A stretch of DNA of 64,000 bases from Guillardia theta CCMP2712 (Eukaryota > Protista > Cryptophyta), in the NCBI RefSeq assembly GCF_000315625.1, contig NW_005434541.1, positions 122,669-186,668 on the forward strand, given 5' to 3'. How positions within the stretch are numbered: position 1 is the stretch's first letter; every line of letters starts with the position of its first letter. The translations under genes and the position numbers were made by a program. A model generated the notes under the pieces. It saw nothing but the letters and a program-made list of their open reading frames with translations, was not told the origin of the DNA and searched no databases. This document shows positions 1-11,818 of this stretch, piece after piece.

Positions 1-460
1 CCTACAAGCTGCAGTTGCGATATATCGGTCACTCCGTCAGACAGGCTCGCCAGGTGCCCCTGCCCTTTTTCTTCTTGTTCGCACAGCCTTTCAATGATTC
101 AAACATTCCGTAGGATGGCCCAATGCGAGTGAGTGTAGATGTGGTAGTGAATCTGTTGAAAAGGAATGTCTGACTTGCATCATTGACGTCTATGAGATCG
201 CATGCACACGGTCACATGCAATCTTGCTTCTCTTCTCTTTGAAATGCTCTTTGATGTTTGTCCTTTTGTTTTATTTCAATCAAGAACGATGAAAACTTAC
301 TTGACCTGTTTGCCTCCAAAATGTACAAAGGTCGTTATTTCCTTCCAAAAATCCTCCTCAGCTTCGACAACATGCGCTTCTAGTCCCAACAATGTCTCGC
401 CAACTAGCTGTACTTGAAGTACCACTAACTATACTGCGCATCCTCTCAATCATTGAAGTG

Positions 461-990
461 TTAACAATCCTCTTCCTCACAACAGTGCCTCATCGCATCC
501 TCCATCAGCTCCCCCAGCTCCAGCGATGTCGTCGCCCACTGGCTCCCCTCCTTCTCCTTCCCCTTCCCCTTCTCCTTCTCCGCCTCTGCTGGGCTCGTCC
601 TCATGTAGGGCCAGCGCGGCAGCCCCAGCTTCTTGCACGCCATCTTGAGAGCCGTCAGCGAGATCCCCTGCGGCACGAGCAGTCAGCGGGGAAGCGAGGA
701 GGGGATAGGGGCACGAGGGCCTGGCCTACCAGCTTGTCGGCGGCAGACTTTTGCTGCATGTGGAAGAGCGCCAAGATGTCCTTGCTGGTGAGGAAGACGG
801 GGCGCTTGACGGGGTCAGCATGAGGAAGAGGGGAGCCTTTCCTGCGCCGAGGGAGGATGGTGACACAGGAGCCTTTCTGAGCGGCTTCTTCGTTTTGATT
901 GCGGTTGGTTGTGCTCAAGCACATTTGCTCTTGAGGATTTGATTCATGCACGCTGTAGTCTCTTGCGAATGAGTTTACATCTAAGAGCAT
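461..990 (-). CDS. RWP-RK domain transcription factor, copy 1 (2 exons; intron 668-729)
   Basis: LALFHMQQKSAADKL|GISLTALKMACKKLGLPRWPY is joined in frame by a 62-nt GT-AG intron and matches the RWP-RK consensus. Confidence 0.85.
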
Positions 991-2295
991 CCCTTGAATA
1001 CAGAGACGTAGGGGAAGGTACGTGGAATGAGGGAGGATGGAGAGGGTCGGAGAGATGGATACAAGGAAACCTTAAGGCTATGGGGCAGCAAGAGGCGGGA
1101 GGGCAGTGAGGGATGTTTGGGGAAGAGACGTTGTAGCAAACGTGAGCGGGTCCCGTCCAAGAGGAGCTGAAGGTGCTGAAGGAGGTCTACTAGGCGTGAG
1201 ATACGAGGGTACTTAAGTCACGGTCACGAGGTACAACACACGGAGACCACCCCTACCACTCGTTCCATTCCTAAAGTGACCGGTGTCACACAGGCAGCGC
1301 CGGAAGCTGCGGCTCGCGGCCCGGGACTCCTGGGGCTGGCGGCATCGGAGTCCGGTTGCCGGCCCGCCGCCGGCCCGCCCGGCCAGGCCCGGCCCACCGT
1401 GGGCCAGCCGGGCGGCGAGCCTAACTAGTAACGCGCGGCGCCCCGGTCACCGTGCTGATCTATTACTTAACCGTCTTTGAGTAAACTTCACACCGTGACC
1501 GGGTCGGACTCGGACGCGGGGCACGGCGGTGCGGGTTTCACAACCGTTGCTTGACTACGGTGAGTGAGTTCAACTTGCAAGTCCGATCACGGCCGACTGA
1601 CTCGGCGGCCGTCCGATCGGAACTTCCGTTACCGTGGCCGGGTACGGTATCCGGCCATGGCCCGGGCGGCCGGTGAGCAGTCACGCGGCAGTGCCCGGGG
1701 GCCCGGCGGCCGGCGGCCCGGCCGCGGCCCGGCCCAGCGCGGCGGAGTCCAACGACTGGCAATAAACTTCAAGTTTCAGTTGTCAAGTTTCAAGTTTCGA
1801 GTCAAGTTTGGCCAGCAGTGCCACCGGATGTTCTCTTTCGGAACTGAACTCGGGAACTTCCGTTTCCGGTGTTGACGGTGACTTCAGATAACTAACCGTG
1901 ACCGTTATTGGCCGGGTCACCGATGGCGGAACTTCGGAACGTTGGCAGCCTGGTTCAACGGTTCCGAAGTTCTACTTACATCTAAATATTCAGTGACTTG
2001 CCGCGAGGCACTTCAACAGATGCCAGTCCGAAAATTGCAATGATTTGAAAGGGATTACTAATGTGTCACTTTGTTTTCACAGTGTACGATGACAAGTGGC
2101 GGCCGAATTCTTTGCCAACGCACTCAGCGGCAATGATCCAGAAAACAGAGCCTCGGAACAGCTCCAATGCTATCCTTTCCCATCCTTGAATTTCATGACA
2201 TAGTAATTCATTCCACACATTGAAGATGAAGTGTTAAAGATATATGCTAAGTACTGTACAGATGAAACAAACTATACTTGAAGCTGCTCTTCCTC

Positions 2296-2807
2296 TCAAT
2301 CTTCTTCCTCACAACAGTGCCTCATCGCATCCTCCATCAGCTCCCCCAGCTCCAGCGATGTCGTCGCCCACCTCCCCTTCCCCTCCTTCTCCTTCTCCGC
2401 CTCTGCTGGGCCTGTCCTCATGTAGGGCCAGCGCGGCAGCCCCAGCTTCTTGCACGCCATCTTCAGGGCCGTCAGCGAGATCCCCTGCGGCACGAGCAGT
2501 CAGCGGGGAAGCGAGGAGGGGATAGGGGCACGAGGGCCTGGCCTACCAGCTTGTCGGCGGCAGACTTTTGCTGCATGTGGAAGAGCGCCAAGATGTCCTT
2601 GCTGGTGAGGAAGACGGGGCGCTTGACGGGGTCAGCGTGAGGAAGAGGGGAGCCTTTCCTGCGCCGAGGGAGGATGGTGATGAAAGGCTCCATCCGTTTT
2701 TTCGAGAAAGATTCATTTGCAAGCTGTCCTCCATTGATATGCGTGAGTGCTATAGTAGCAGGATTTGCTGTTTCAATACACTGGCTAGAAGAAATGTGCT
2801 GCAGCAT
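2296..2807 (-). CDS. RWP-RK domain transcription factor, copy 2 (intron 2485-2546)
   Basis: Same motif and same 62-nt intron as copy 1; near-identical DNA over the 3' ~390 bp, different N-terminus. Confidence 0.85.
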
Positions 2808-4504
2808 GATGCGGAGGCCTCAAACCTTTTTTTGATTTCTCGTGTTTGGATACAAATGGGATGGAAGGTTTCTACTGTAGTGTGACAGTGATATGATGCG
2901 GAATGAAATTGATGTGAATCTTTGAGACAGGACAGTCAGGTACAACCGCACAGGAAGCTTCTGTCGCAAAAGCTAGCAGGGGAGAATTAAGAAGGGTGCG
3001 GGGGGGGGCAGGAGAAAAACAATCACGACGACAGGGGGGCGCTGACATGATATTTCATCCCTGGTCTTAACAGTTGTCAGCAGGTCACACGATGAAACCA
3101 GTTAAACCCCCAAAAATTCAACAATTTTCAGCAGATATTTGAAAATATCACGTTACCGACTAGTTTTGGCGGCAACCTATCACGGTACGGTCTGTCACTG
3201 CTCAGTCAAAACGTGTAAACTCTCAAAACAAGCCTTGAAGTATGCCAGACAAACAGTCATCGGCTCTACTTCTACGACTCTATATCCAGTCGTCACAAGA
3301 AGTTTTCTACACTGACAAGTTTATATAAGACAGTAGGCTGACTTCTTTAGTAGGAGTCCCCGCCGGGTTCCGGTGAACTCAGAGCAGGACTCCTGAAGCC
3401 GAGCGGCCCGTGACTCTAATAAAAGCCGCGGCCCGCCGGGCCCAGACTGAAGGATCTGCTACAGCTTTGCTACAGTTCGATACGCCTGCTCTAGAAATTT
3501 CTGGAAGATTGAGAAAGGGAAAAAAAAGCAAGAAGACGAGTACATACCAAGAGAAGAGCGCTATCATCGGGGGTGTTCGAGATATTGATATCCTATTGAT
3601 ATCATGAACTCCAAGGATAACTCCAAGGACATCCTTGGAGTTCATGAAAGTGATCCTGTTATCATCATCGCTATGTCCTGAATCTTTTATGAAAATCATG
3701 TTTGTACAGGCCTGAGCTTGTAATACACAGAGCGTCAGTTTAAGAGAGACGAGCGCGTAAAAGACTCCAGCACTTGGAATGCAGTCAGAAGACCCCCCCT
3801 CTAGCGTTGATGAAAGGTCTGCCGGAGAAATGAAGGTTTTCAGTCGCACCGGGATCCCGGAAGTGTCCAACTGGAGTGAAGAAAAAGAGTGTTGCCGGCA
3901 TTTCATTTCTTCCGTTCTGAGTGTCGCCCTGTTTGTGCGGGTTGTATCTTCAGGATACAAACTGACACCACGCTCAAATTTTTCACATTTGGACTATCAA
4001 AGTGTGAGCTGCGCGTTCGTTGATCCTGAGATGTTGTACGCATCCACCTGTGAGAGTAATGAGAATACTAGAACGATCATTGCTGCATTTACTGTAACAT
4101 AGCATGTTGAGCAGTACTTCTCACTGAGAATTTGAGCCGTTTTCCTAGCAGCACGTGAAACACATCTCTACTCCTGTCCTTTGTCCTATCATACTATCAG
4201 TCTTGGAACAAAAGCACACAGCATGGCGGGTTTTACTGCGCTTGTAAAGAATCAGCAAAAACCGGAATCCTGCAGGTGAGAACCTTTGACTTGCGTGATT
4301 GATTGTCTTTCGTCATTGCATACAACAAATCTTTCCTAGTTTAACATCAACATCTCTTAACCTTGATCATGTAACGAAATACCCGTGTTTGATCTGGACC
4401 TCGAACTTGGAAATGTGTTGGTAAGTTGGAATACACCTCGAAAACTCATCTCGATATTCAACAAAACTTCATTTAAGCAGGACAATATCAGAACAAAAAT
4501 CTAT

Positions 4505-5084
4505 CTAAGGAAACTCGCAGTGTTTCAAAGCCTCATCCATCCACAATGCTTGGCCTACGGAACTCAGGCCCCAACTTGTGAGGCTGCGCTCAAGGATCTC
4601 TTGATCCCTAAACGCGAGCTTATGCTTGTCTTGCAATGAGTCAATCGGCCACCACAGTCTTTCAGAGACCACAGAGCTGCTTTCGGCATCGGAACCTGGG
4701 GTTCTTGCAGATTCGTCGTCCGAAGTGTTGGATCCCTTCGCACTGGCTTTTCTAATGTAAGGCCATTTGGGCAACCCCATTCGCCGACATGCAACTTTGA
4801 GAGCCGTTAAGGATATGCCCTGTCCCAATTGTCAGATCCATAAAATCTCACTTCGAAACACTTCTTACCAGGAAATCTGCGGCCTCTCGCTGCTGCATGG
4901 TGTATAGCTTGATGATTTGTTTCGGAGTCAAAGCAATTGCTGCCTTGCGATGTCCATCTGATGGAGGGTCATTTCTTTTCCGTCTTGGCACCACGAAAAC
5001 TGTATCTGTCGTCTTCAGAGTTTCGGGAGAATCAACAATTTCGCTGCTGTGAGAGCAGCTTGCAACGCTTTCAGAGTCTGACAT
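4505..5084 (-). CDS. RWP-RK domain transcription factor, copy 3, divergent (intron 4820-4868)
   Basis: IKLYTMQQREAADFL|GISLTALKVACRRMGLPKWPY; 49-nt GT-AG intron at the same position. Confidence 0.85.
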
Positions 5085-6316
5085 CGATGTCTGTTTCAGG
5101 ATTTAAGGAGCAAGAAGCCTTCGAAAGAGCAGCTTTGGGAAGGTTTGGGAATAAGTACTACGCAGGAAGCAGAAGACAAGATATCGGGTGACGCGAGTAG
5201 CTCGAGGGAAAACGCTCTTGGTTTCACTTTGTGCGTGTGCAAGCAGCCACAGATGAGAAGCGAGGGGAGTCTCGTAAGGTTTTAAAGAGGAAGTCCGCGT
5301 GACTGATCCGTGATGACAGTCAGCAGTCACGGAGGCCTTTTGTTAATACCTTTCCATAGCCCCCACCTCAATTTTCCCACACAAAGTACCGGTGGTATGA
5401 GTCCTCTGAAAATCTCGAGGACTTTCCGTCCGCATCTCTTCGATCGCATGGGAGGCTCAGGTGTTGTGACCTTTCTGCACAGCCCCCACCCCCACCCCCA
5501 AATTTCCCAGAGAAAAGTTACCACCCTGCGGGTGGCTCGGAGTTCTGTTCCCTCTGTCGCGATATCTGGGCTTCTAGAGTATTCTGCTGCTGATTCTTTG
5601 CGTCAGCTCCCGCGTGACATTGCTGCGGCGCGGGGATGAAAAACTGTGGTATTCAATAGGTAAGAGAGACTCAGATACTTCCGCAATCTGAAGCGTTGTA
5701 GTAAACTACCACTAGTCACGATGGAATCAGCAGGTCACGAGCTTGCGAATCGTTGTTCACGGCATAAGGCTGGAAACAGTCGGCCCGGACCTCGCCGGGC
5801 CCGCCGGACCCGGCCGTCACTGAAGTGAGAGTAGTACTGCCGGGTATCCTGATGGGCGTCAGAGGTTACCTGTTAGACCGGTGTTTAGACTGGGAAATGA
5901 CAGGGTGGTCGGTGTAGGGGTGGTCAAAAGCGCGGGAAACAAGCGTGCCAGACAACTAAAGGGAGGAAAGGAGGGGAGGAATGGCGGAGGAGAGGAGGAA
6001 TGGCGGAGGAGGGAGGAATGGCGGGGGAGGGGAGGAATGGCACTCATGGGCGAGATCCAGGAGAAGTATTCATGACACGAGAAAATGATTTGTTCTCAAG
6101 GCGCTTGTTGATTGCATAGTGAAAAAACGATCGTTCAGAGCAGGGTGCACAAGTACATTCATGGAAGATGAATATCATATCCTTAGGCATATGAAACATC
6201 GAAGACAGGATATAGCTTACAGGGCAATACTTTGAGGGCTAGCTTTCCGCAGAGTATCTCACAATCATATGCTCTTGTGCGCGCAGAGAGTTGACACTGG
6301 TCTGCAGCAGCTTGCA

Positions 6317-9037
6317 ATGCCCACGGCCAGGGCTACGCGCAGCAGAAAACAAGCGAGTGCGGAGTGTAAGAATACAAGGTGACTAGTCGCTAAAGCATTC
6401 GAGATGTCTGATTTCAGTTGTTTCGGCAGCTCCAGTGGACTGAAGAAGTTCTTTGCAAAGGAAGAAGACAAGCAGAAACCGGAGATCACTGTCGATGACT
6501 CCACTCTGTCAGCAAACCTCAGCACAGCCTCGACACCGGCAGACTCCAAGAGGAAACCCGAGGAAAAGGTGGAGGTGGTGGCTGTCGAGGACGGACGAGC
6601 TCTCGAAGGAGAGTTTCAAGAGAAAACTGAGGAAAATGACGAGGAAAAACTGAAAGAAGACGACGACAACGAGGATTCGCAGGATACGGATGATGCCGGT
6701 GCTGACGCTGATTGGGCCGAAGAGGAGAGGAAGCTCCGTGCAGAGAATGACCTTCGAATCCAAAAGCAGCGTAGCAAAGGCAAAAAAGTAGGGATGAAGG
6801 AGAAGGTTGCCCTGTTAGATAACCTGCTTCAGAAGGCAGCAGCGTACACAGCTTTCCTGAGAGAACGCATGAGGGAAGTTCATCAGGATAACGATAACTC
6901 CAAGTCCGGTCCCACAGGCAGCGCAAAAGGGAATGATGAAGAAAGGGATCCTCGCCAACCCAAAATGGTGACAGGCGGAGTTATGCGCAAGTATCAGATT
7001 GAAGGCATGATGTGGATATGCTCTCTTTATGAAAATGGATTGAATGGAATCCTCGCGGATGAGATGGGGTTGGGGAAGACCATTCAATCAGTTTCCTTTC
7101 TGGCACACTTGTACAGTATGGGAGTGAAAGGCCCGTTCATGATCGTTGCACCATTGAGCACTGTGACGAACTGGCAACGAGAGTTTGCGAGATGGACACC
7201 ATCGATTGAAACAGTGCTTTATCATGGGAGCAAGGAGGAACGAAGGGCGCTCAGAGAGCAGATTGGGTTTGAAAACAAGGTCAAGCATCCTCCAAGCAAG
7301 AGCTTTCCTGTGATCATCACCTCATTCGAAGTAGCAATGAACGATGCAAAGAAGTTGGCGAATCTAAACTGGAAATATTTGATTGTAGATGAAGGACATC
7401 GCCTGAAAAACAAGGATTGCAGACTGCTCCGAGAGTTGAAAAGTCTTAACTCCGACAACCGGCTCTTGTTGAGTGGAACTCCTCTCCAAAACAATCTGAC
7501 TGAGCTCTGGTCCTTGCTCCATTTCATCTTGCCAGACATCTTCCAGGACCTTGCAACATTCCAGACTTGGTTCGATTTTGATGAAGAGCTCCATGCTGAG
7601 AAAGGAACGGCAAGAATCATTGAAGAAGAGAGTAAGAACAAGACAGTCTCTAAACTCCATGCTATCTTGGATCCCTTCTTGCTTCGACGCCTCAAGACCG
7701 ACGTCTTGATCAACCTTCCGAAGAAAAGAGAATACATCCTGATGGCACCACTCACTGAATCTCAAGAAAAAATCAACAAATCGATTGCGGACAAGAGCCT
7801 TGACTCATTCCTGTCGGAGCAAATCACGGAGTTTGAAGTTACAGATGGAAATTGGGAAAGACAAGGCGCTGTAAACAACAAGGCGATGTCTCTTATGAAC
7901 GTCCTTATGCAAATGAGAAAGAACTGCAACCACCCTTATCTTTTTACAGCCCCTTTCGATTCATTAGGCAACATCGTGGTGGATGAGCGACTTGTCAAAT
8001 CTGCTGGGAAGCTGCAGCTGTTGGACCGAATGTTGACTATTTTGAGGAAGAATGGACACAAGGTGCTCATCTTTAGTCAGGTGAGGGCAGAACCGTCTGT
8101 TGCTGTCTCTGAGATGTTTTTGTAGATGACAAAGATGTTGGACCTGCTGGAAGATTATCTCGAGCTTCGGGGATGGCCCTCCCACCGCATTGACGGGACT
8201 GTGAATTGGAAAGACAGACAGGTACAGCATTGGTCAGCTTGCATTAAGATTTGACTTGCTTGTAGTCGCTGATGGATGACTACAACTCGCCGACGTCAAA
8301 CTCTTTCGTGTTTTTGCTTTCAACGCGCTCTGGAGGGCTGGGGATCAATCTGACGACGGCAGGTGGATGAGTGAATGGTTGTTGACTTCAAGCCTCGCTC
8401 ACGTCTTGTTCTACTAGATACCGTCATCATCTACGATGGAGACTTTAATCCGCAACAAGACCTTCAGGCCATGGATCGCTGTCACCGTATCGGACAGACA
8501 AAACCAGTCAGTGTCTTCCGTCTCATCACAGTCCAAAGTGTGGAATCAAAGATTTTCGAGAGAGCAAGCAACAAGCGCAAGCTGGAGTTGGTGGCTATTG
8601 CAAGGAAACGATTCAAAGTGTCCGACAAAGTTGAACACGCTGCCGACATCAACCAGCTACAGGCTGCCGGTCAGGCTGTTTCCGAGGAAGACAAGCGTTC
8701 TTTGGTATGACATGAGATGTGCCGTCCCTCGTTTGATTTTGTGTCTAGGTGAAGAACTTGACTGAGATCCGACAGTCGATCAGCTCGACCGAGTTGGTTG
8801 AGTTGCTGAAGCCCAAGGTAACGGTTAAATAACTCCCTGACCTCGAGCCCTGAGCGTTCGCAGTCTCTGGATGACGTGAACAAGGAGGTTATCAGCGAGC
8901 CTGACTTGGAAATGCTGCTGCTGAAGCGAGGAGGTAAGCGACGCTTCGGCTTGATGTCGCCCCTTGCATCTGACGCCATCCCGTCAGACGATGGGTCGGA
9001 GGAGGACGGGAAGGGCTGGCACTTCATTCCCTCATGA
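6317..9037 (+). CDS. SNF2-family chromatin remodeller, LSH/HELLS/DDM1-like (multi-exon)
   Basis: [85 protein letters not shown]; first intron 6379-6417 restores frame from ATG 6317. Confidence 0.9.
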
Positions 9038-9081
9038 GCTTTGTTTGTCTATACTTCTACTTGTAGTCAACCTTTAAACCC

Positions 9082-11196
9082 TCAACATCGGACGAGAGTC
9101 CCGTTCTCCTGCAGGGCTGCCATGAAGCCCAAGACTCCCGCAGCTGAGAGGCCGCAACTAGCAACGTTCACCACCTGGAGGTTCCGGAGCCTCCCGAGGT
9201 AGCGCGAGATCTCACCGGAAGCTTCATCGCCCAGCTGGTTGTCCGAGAGGTCGAGCTCGCGCAGCATTGGGTTGTACATGAGGGCATGGGCGATGCGTAG
9301 GCAGCCATCAGGCCCCAGCTGATTCGAGGAGACGTCAAGAGCGACCAGACTCTCGTTGCCTTGCAGAACCTCCGCCAACCTCGTCGCGCCCGTGTCATGC
9401 AACTTGTTTCCACCTAGCCACAGTCTCTCTATGATAGAGTCGTGGCCCAGCACGCTTCTCAGCTTCTCTACTCCTGCGCTGCTTAGCTCGTTCTGGCTCA
9501 AGTCCAGCTGAGACACCCTGCAGTGATCCCCCTGCATGGCTTGAGTTAAAGTTTGCACGTCCGAGTCGCTCACGCGGCTCCCGCGCAAGCTGAGAAAGGA
9601 GGCGCCGGTTCGGATCCTCTGCATCGCTGTGTGCAGCGTGACCCGGAGCATAAGGTCCTCGTGCGACGCTGCCTTCCTCTGCCCTCCCAGCGACTTCTGC
9701 ATATCTCTCGCCTCCTCCTCTACTTCCTCAAGACGCCGGAGGAGCTCGGGCTCTCCTGCCTCCTCCCCAGCCTGCTTCCGAGCACGCGCAAGGCAGACCA
9801 TGGCAGCTTCGAAGTCTTTCTCTTTGAGGCTGCTGAACCAGTCAGTCCTGCATGTCGCTGCTCCTCCACCCTCACAGCTCCTCTGCTTGCTCGATGCCCT
9901 TGATCAGCGACGCACGCCCAGCTGCTCTTTCCAACTCTCTCTGCGTCCAACGTCAATCAAGCCCGGCGACCAGACAGCTCTGACCTCCTGCTCCTCGAGC
10001 GCGTCCATAAGCAGCCGGTCCTGCGCACGCTTGACGAGGTGGAGGGTAAGAAGGAAACAGCACCAGGTCGGCATTGCCATGCAAGTCGACGCGCTCTATG
10101 AGCTCGAGGAGGTGAACGGGAAAGTCACTGCAGGAGTTGTTGCGCAGGCTGAGGACGAGCACGTCATCAAGACAGAGAGAGACAGCAACGACCTTAGCAG
10201 TCTCAGTGACGTCATCCTCCCTAGACATTCGGGGAACGCAGGGCCTATGCCGTTGCTGTCGAGGACCAACTCTCGCAAGGTCTGCAAGATCAGACTTGAT
10301 GAGGAAAAGAGCAGAGGAGAGGGAGAGGGTGAGAGACCGGATGATCGAAGTTCGCTGTCAGCAGCTCACGCACTCCGTCATTGCGCAACTTGTTGCCCTT
10401 TAGATTCAAGCTTACGAGGGTGGAACATGTCTCTGAGTGTGATGGTTGGTCAGTCAACAAGAGAGATTCTGTTTCTTCTCTCACGCAAAAATGCTCCTAA
10501 GCCGCTCGCTCCTTCGCTCCCGATCGCGTTCATTGACATGTCAAGCTTGGTCAGGCTCGTCGCTCGTTTGACATGCTGGAGTATGCTCGGAACTAAAAGG
10601 CAGACGTTGACCTAGGCCGGCGACAACCAAGTCCAAACCTTGAGGGTCATGAATGTGCAGGTGGGACAGTATCACTTCTGAGCTCTCCAGCTGGATCTTA
10701 TTCAGCGTATGAGCCACCTTTTGTTCAACTTTCTCAGCTGCTTGACTCGCGATCCGTGCGGCCTCTTGCTCGAAATCAGCTTCAACCTGAGGCATCTGGA
10801 AGTGAGAAGTGCTGGTCGAGCAGCGACTGGTCACCTTCCAAGGCGCAAAGTCGAGATTCTCTGTAAACGACCGCAAACTTGGACCCTCGTGGCTCGGAAG
10901 GTCCACGGGCTGTTGAAGGACATGCTGGAACTCAGCGATGATGGCTTCCTCTTGCGAGTCTTTCTTCATGTACTGCAAACACGGGTGACCAACGTCTTCA
11001 CGGCCTCAATCACCTTGAGGAGAACAAGCCCGCTGTTTCCTGCTACTTCTTCGTCGTCACTTGAGAACTTCCCTTCTTCCGCCAATCGCTGAACACATAC
11101 TCTCAGCATGATTCCTCTCAGGGTCGCCATTACCTTGTTCCTCTCTTTCTTCTGTTGCAGCTTTGCACGTTCTTTCACTTGTCTGTACTTGCCCAT
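9082..11196 (-). CDS. Leucine-rich repeat (RNI-like) protein, multi-exon
   Basis: Repeated LxxLxLxxNxL motifs (LDLSQNEL, LWLGGNKL, LDVSSNQL, LDLSDNQL, LNLKGNKL) across consecutive minus-strand ORFs. Confidence 0.75.
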
Positions 11197-11667
11197 TGAG
11201 CCTCTTGTTGCCTCAAAACAACCTCAGCGGCTGACAAGTCTGGTTACATCATTAAATGCTCATCTGCAAAGATTGAAGTAAGATTCACAACTCGAGGCTG
11301 AGCTCACACTGAGCGGCAAGAGAAGCATAACTCTCGCATGATCATCTTCACAACTGATTGACTGCCGTCACCTCGATCTCAGCCCTTCTCCTCGTCTTCT
11401 CGTGTCCTCTCTTCCTCTCTTCTGCTCACACTGGTAGCTACTCCGCCATGTCGGAAATCTTCTACTGAATCTTCACTACTGCTTCACTATCTGTTTGGTT
11501 GGGAAGGAGGGCGATGAGTGATCCCACAAACCCAGGCAGATCAGCTCCAAGAGCATGGCGGGATAGGGGAGGGAGGTGGGGAGGGCGAGGAACAGAGGGG
11601 AGAAGAAGAGAGGAAGATGATGGAACAAGAGACATGAAGACTTCTGCAGACAAGTTTCCTATCTGAG

Positions 11668-11813
11668 AGTGATCGGTTGTCGCTGTTGTGGTACAAACTT
11701 GCAAGTGATCGGTTGTCGCTGTTGTGGTACAAACTTGCAAGTGATCGGTTGTCGCTGTTGTGGCACAAACTTGCAAGTGATCGGTTGTCGCTGTTGTGGT
11801 ACAAACTTGCAAG
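11668..11813. repeat. 36-bp minisatellite, about 4 copies
   Basis: AGTGATCGGTTGTCGCTGTTGTGGTACAAACTTGCA repeated in tandem. Confidence 0.9.
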
Positions 11814-11818
11814 TGCAG

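Noticed and set aside
3379-4200. Possible gene between RWP-RK copies 2 and 3 (and ORFs at 16-18.3 kb)
   Set aside because: No recognisable domain, and no exon structure I can support
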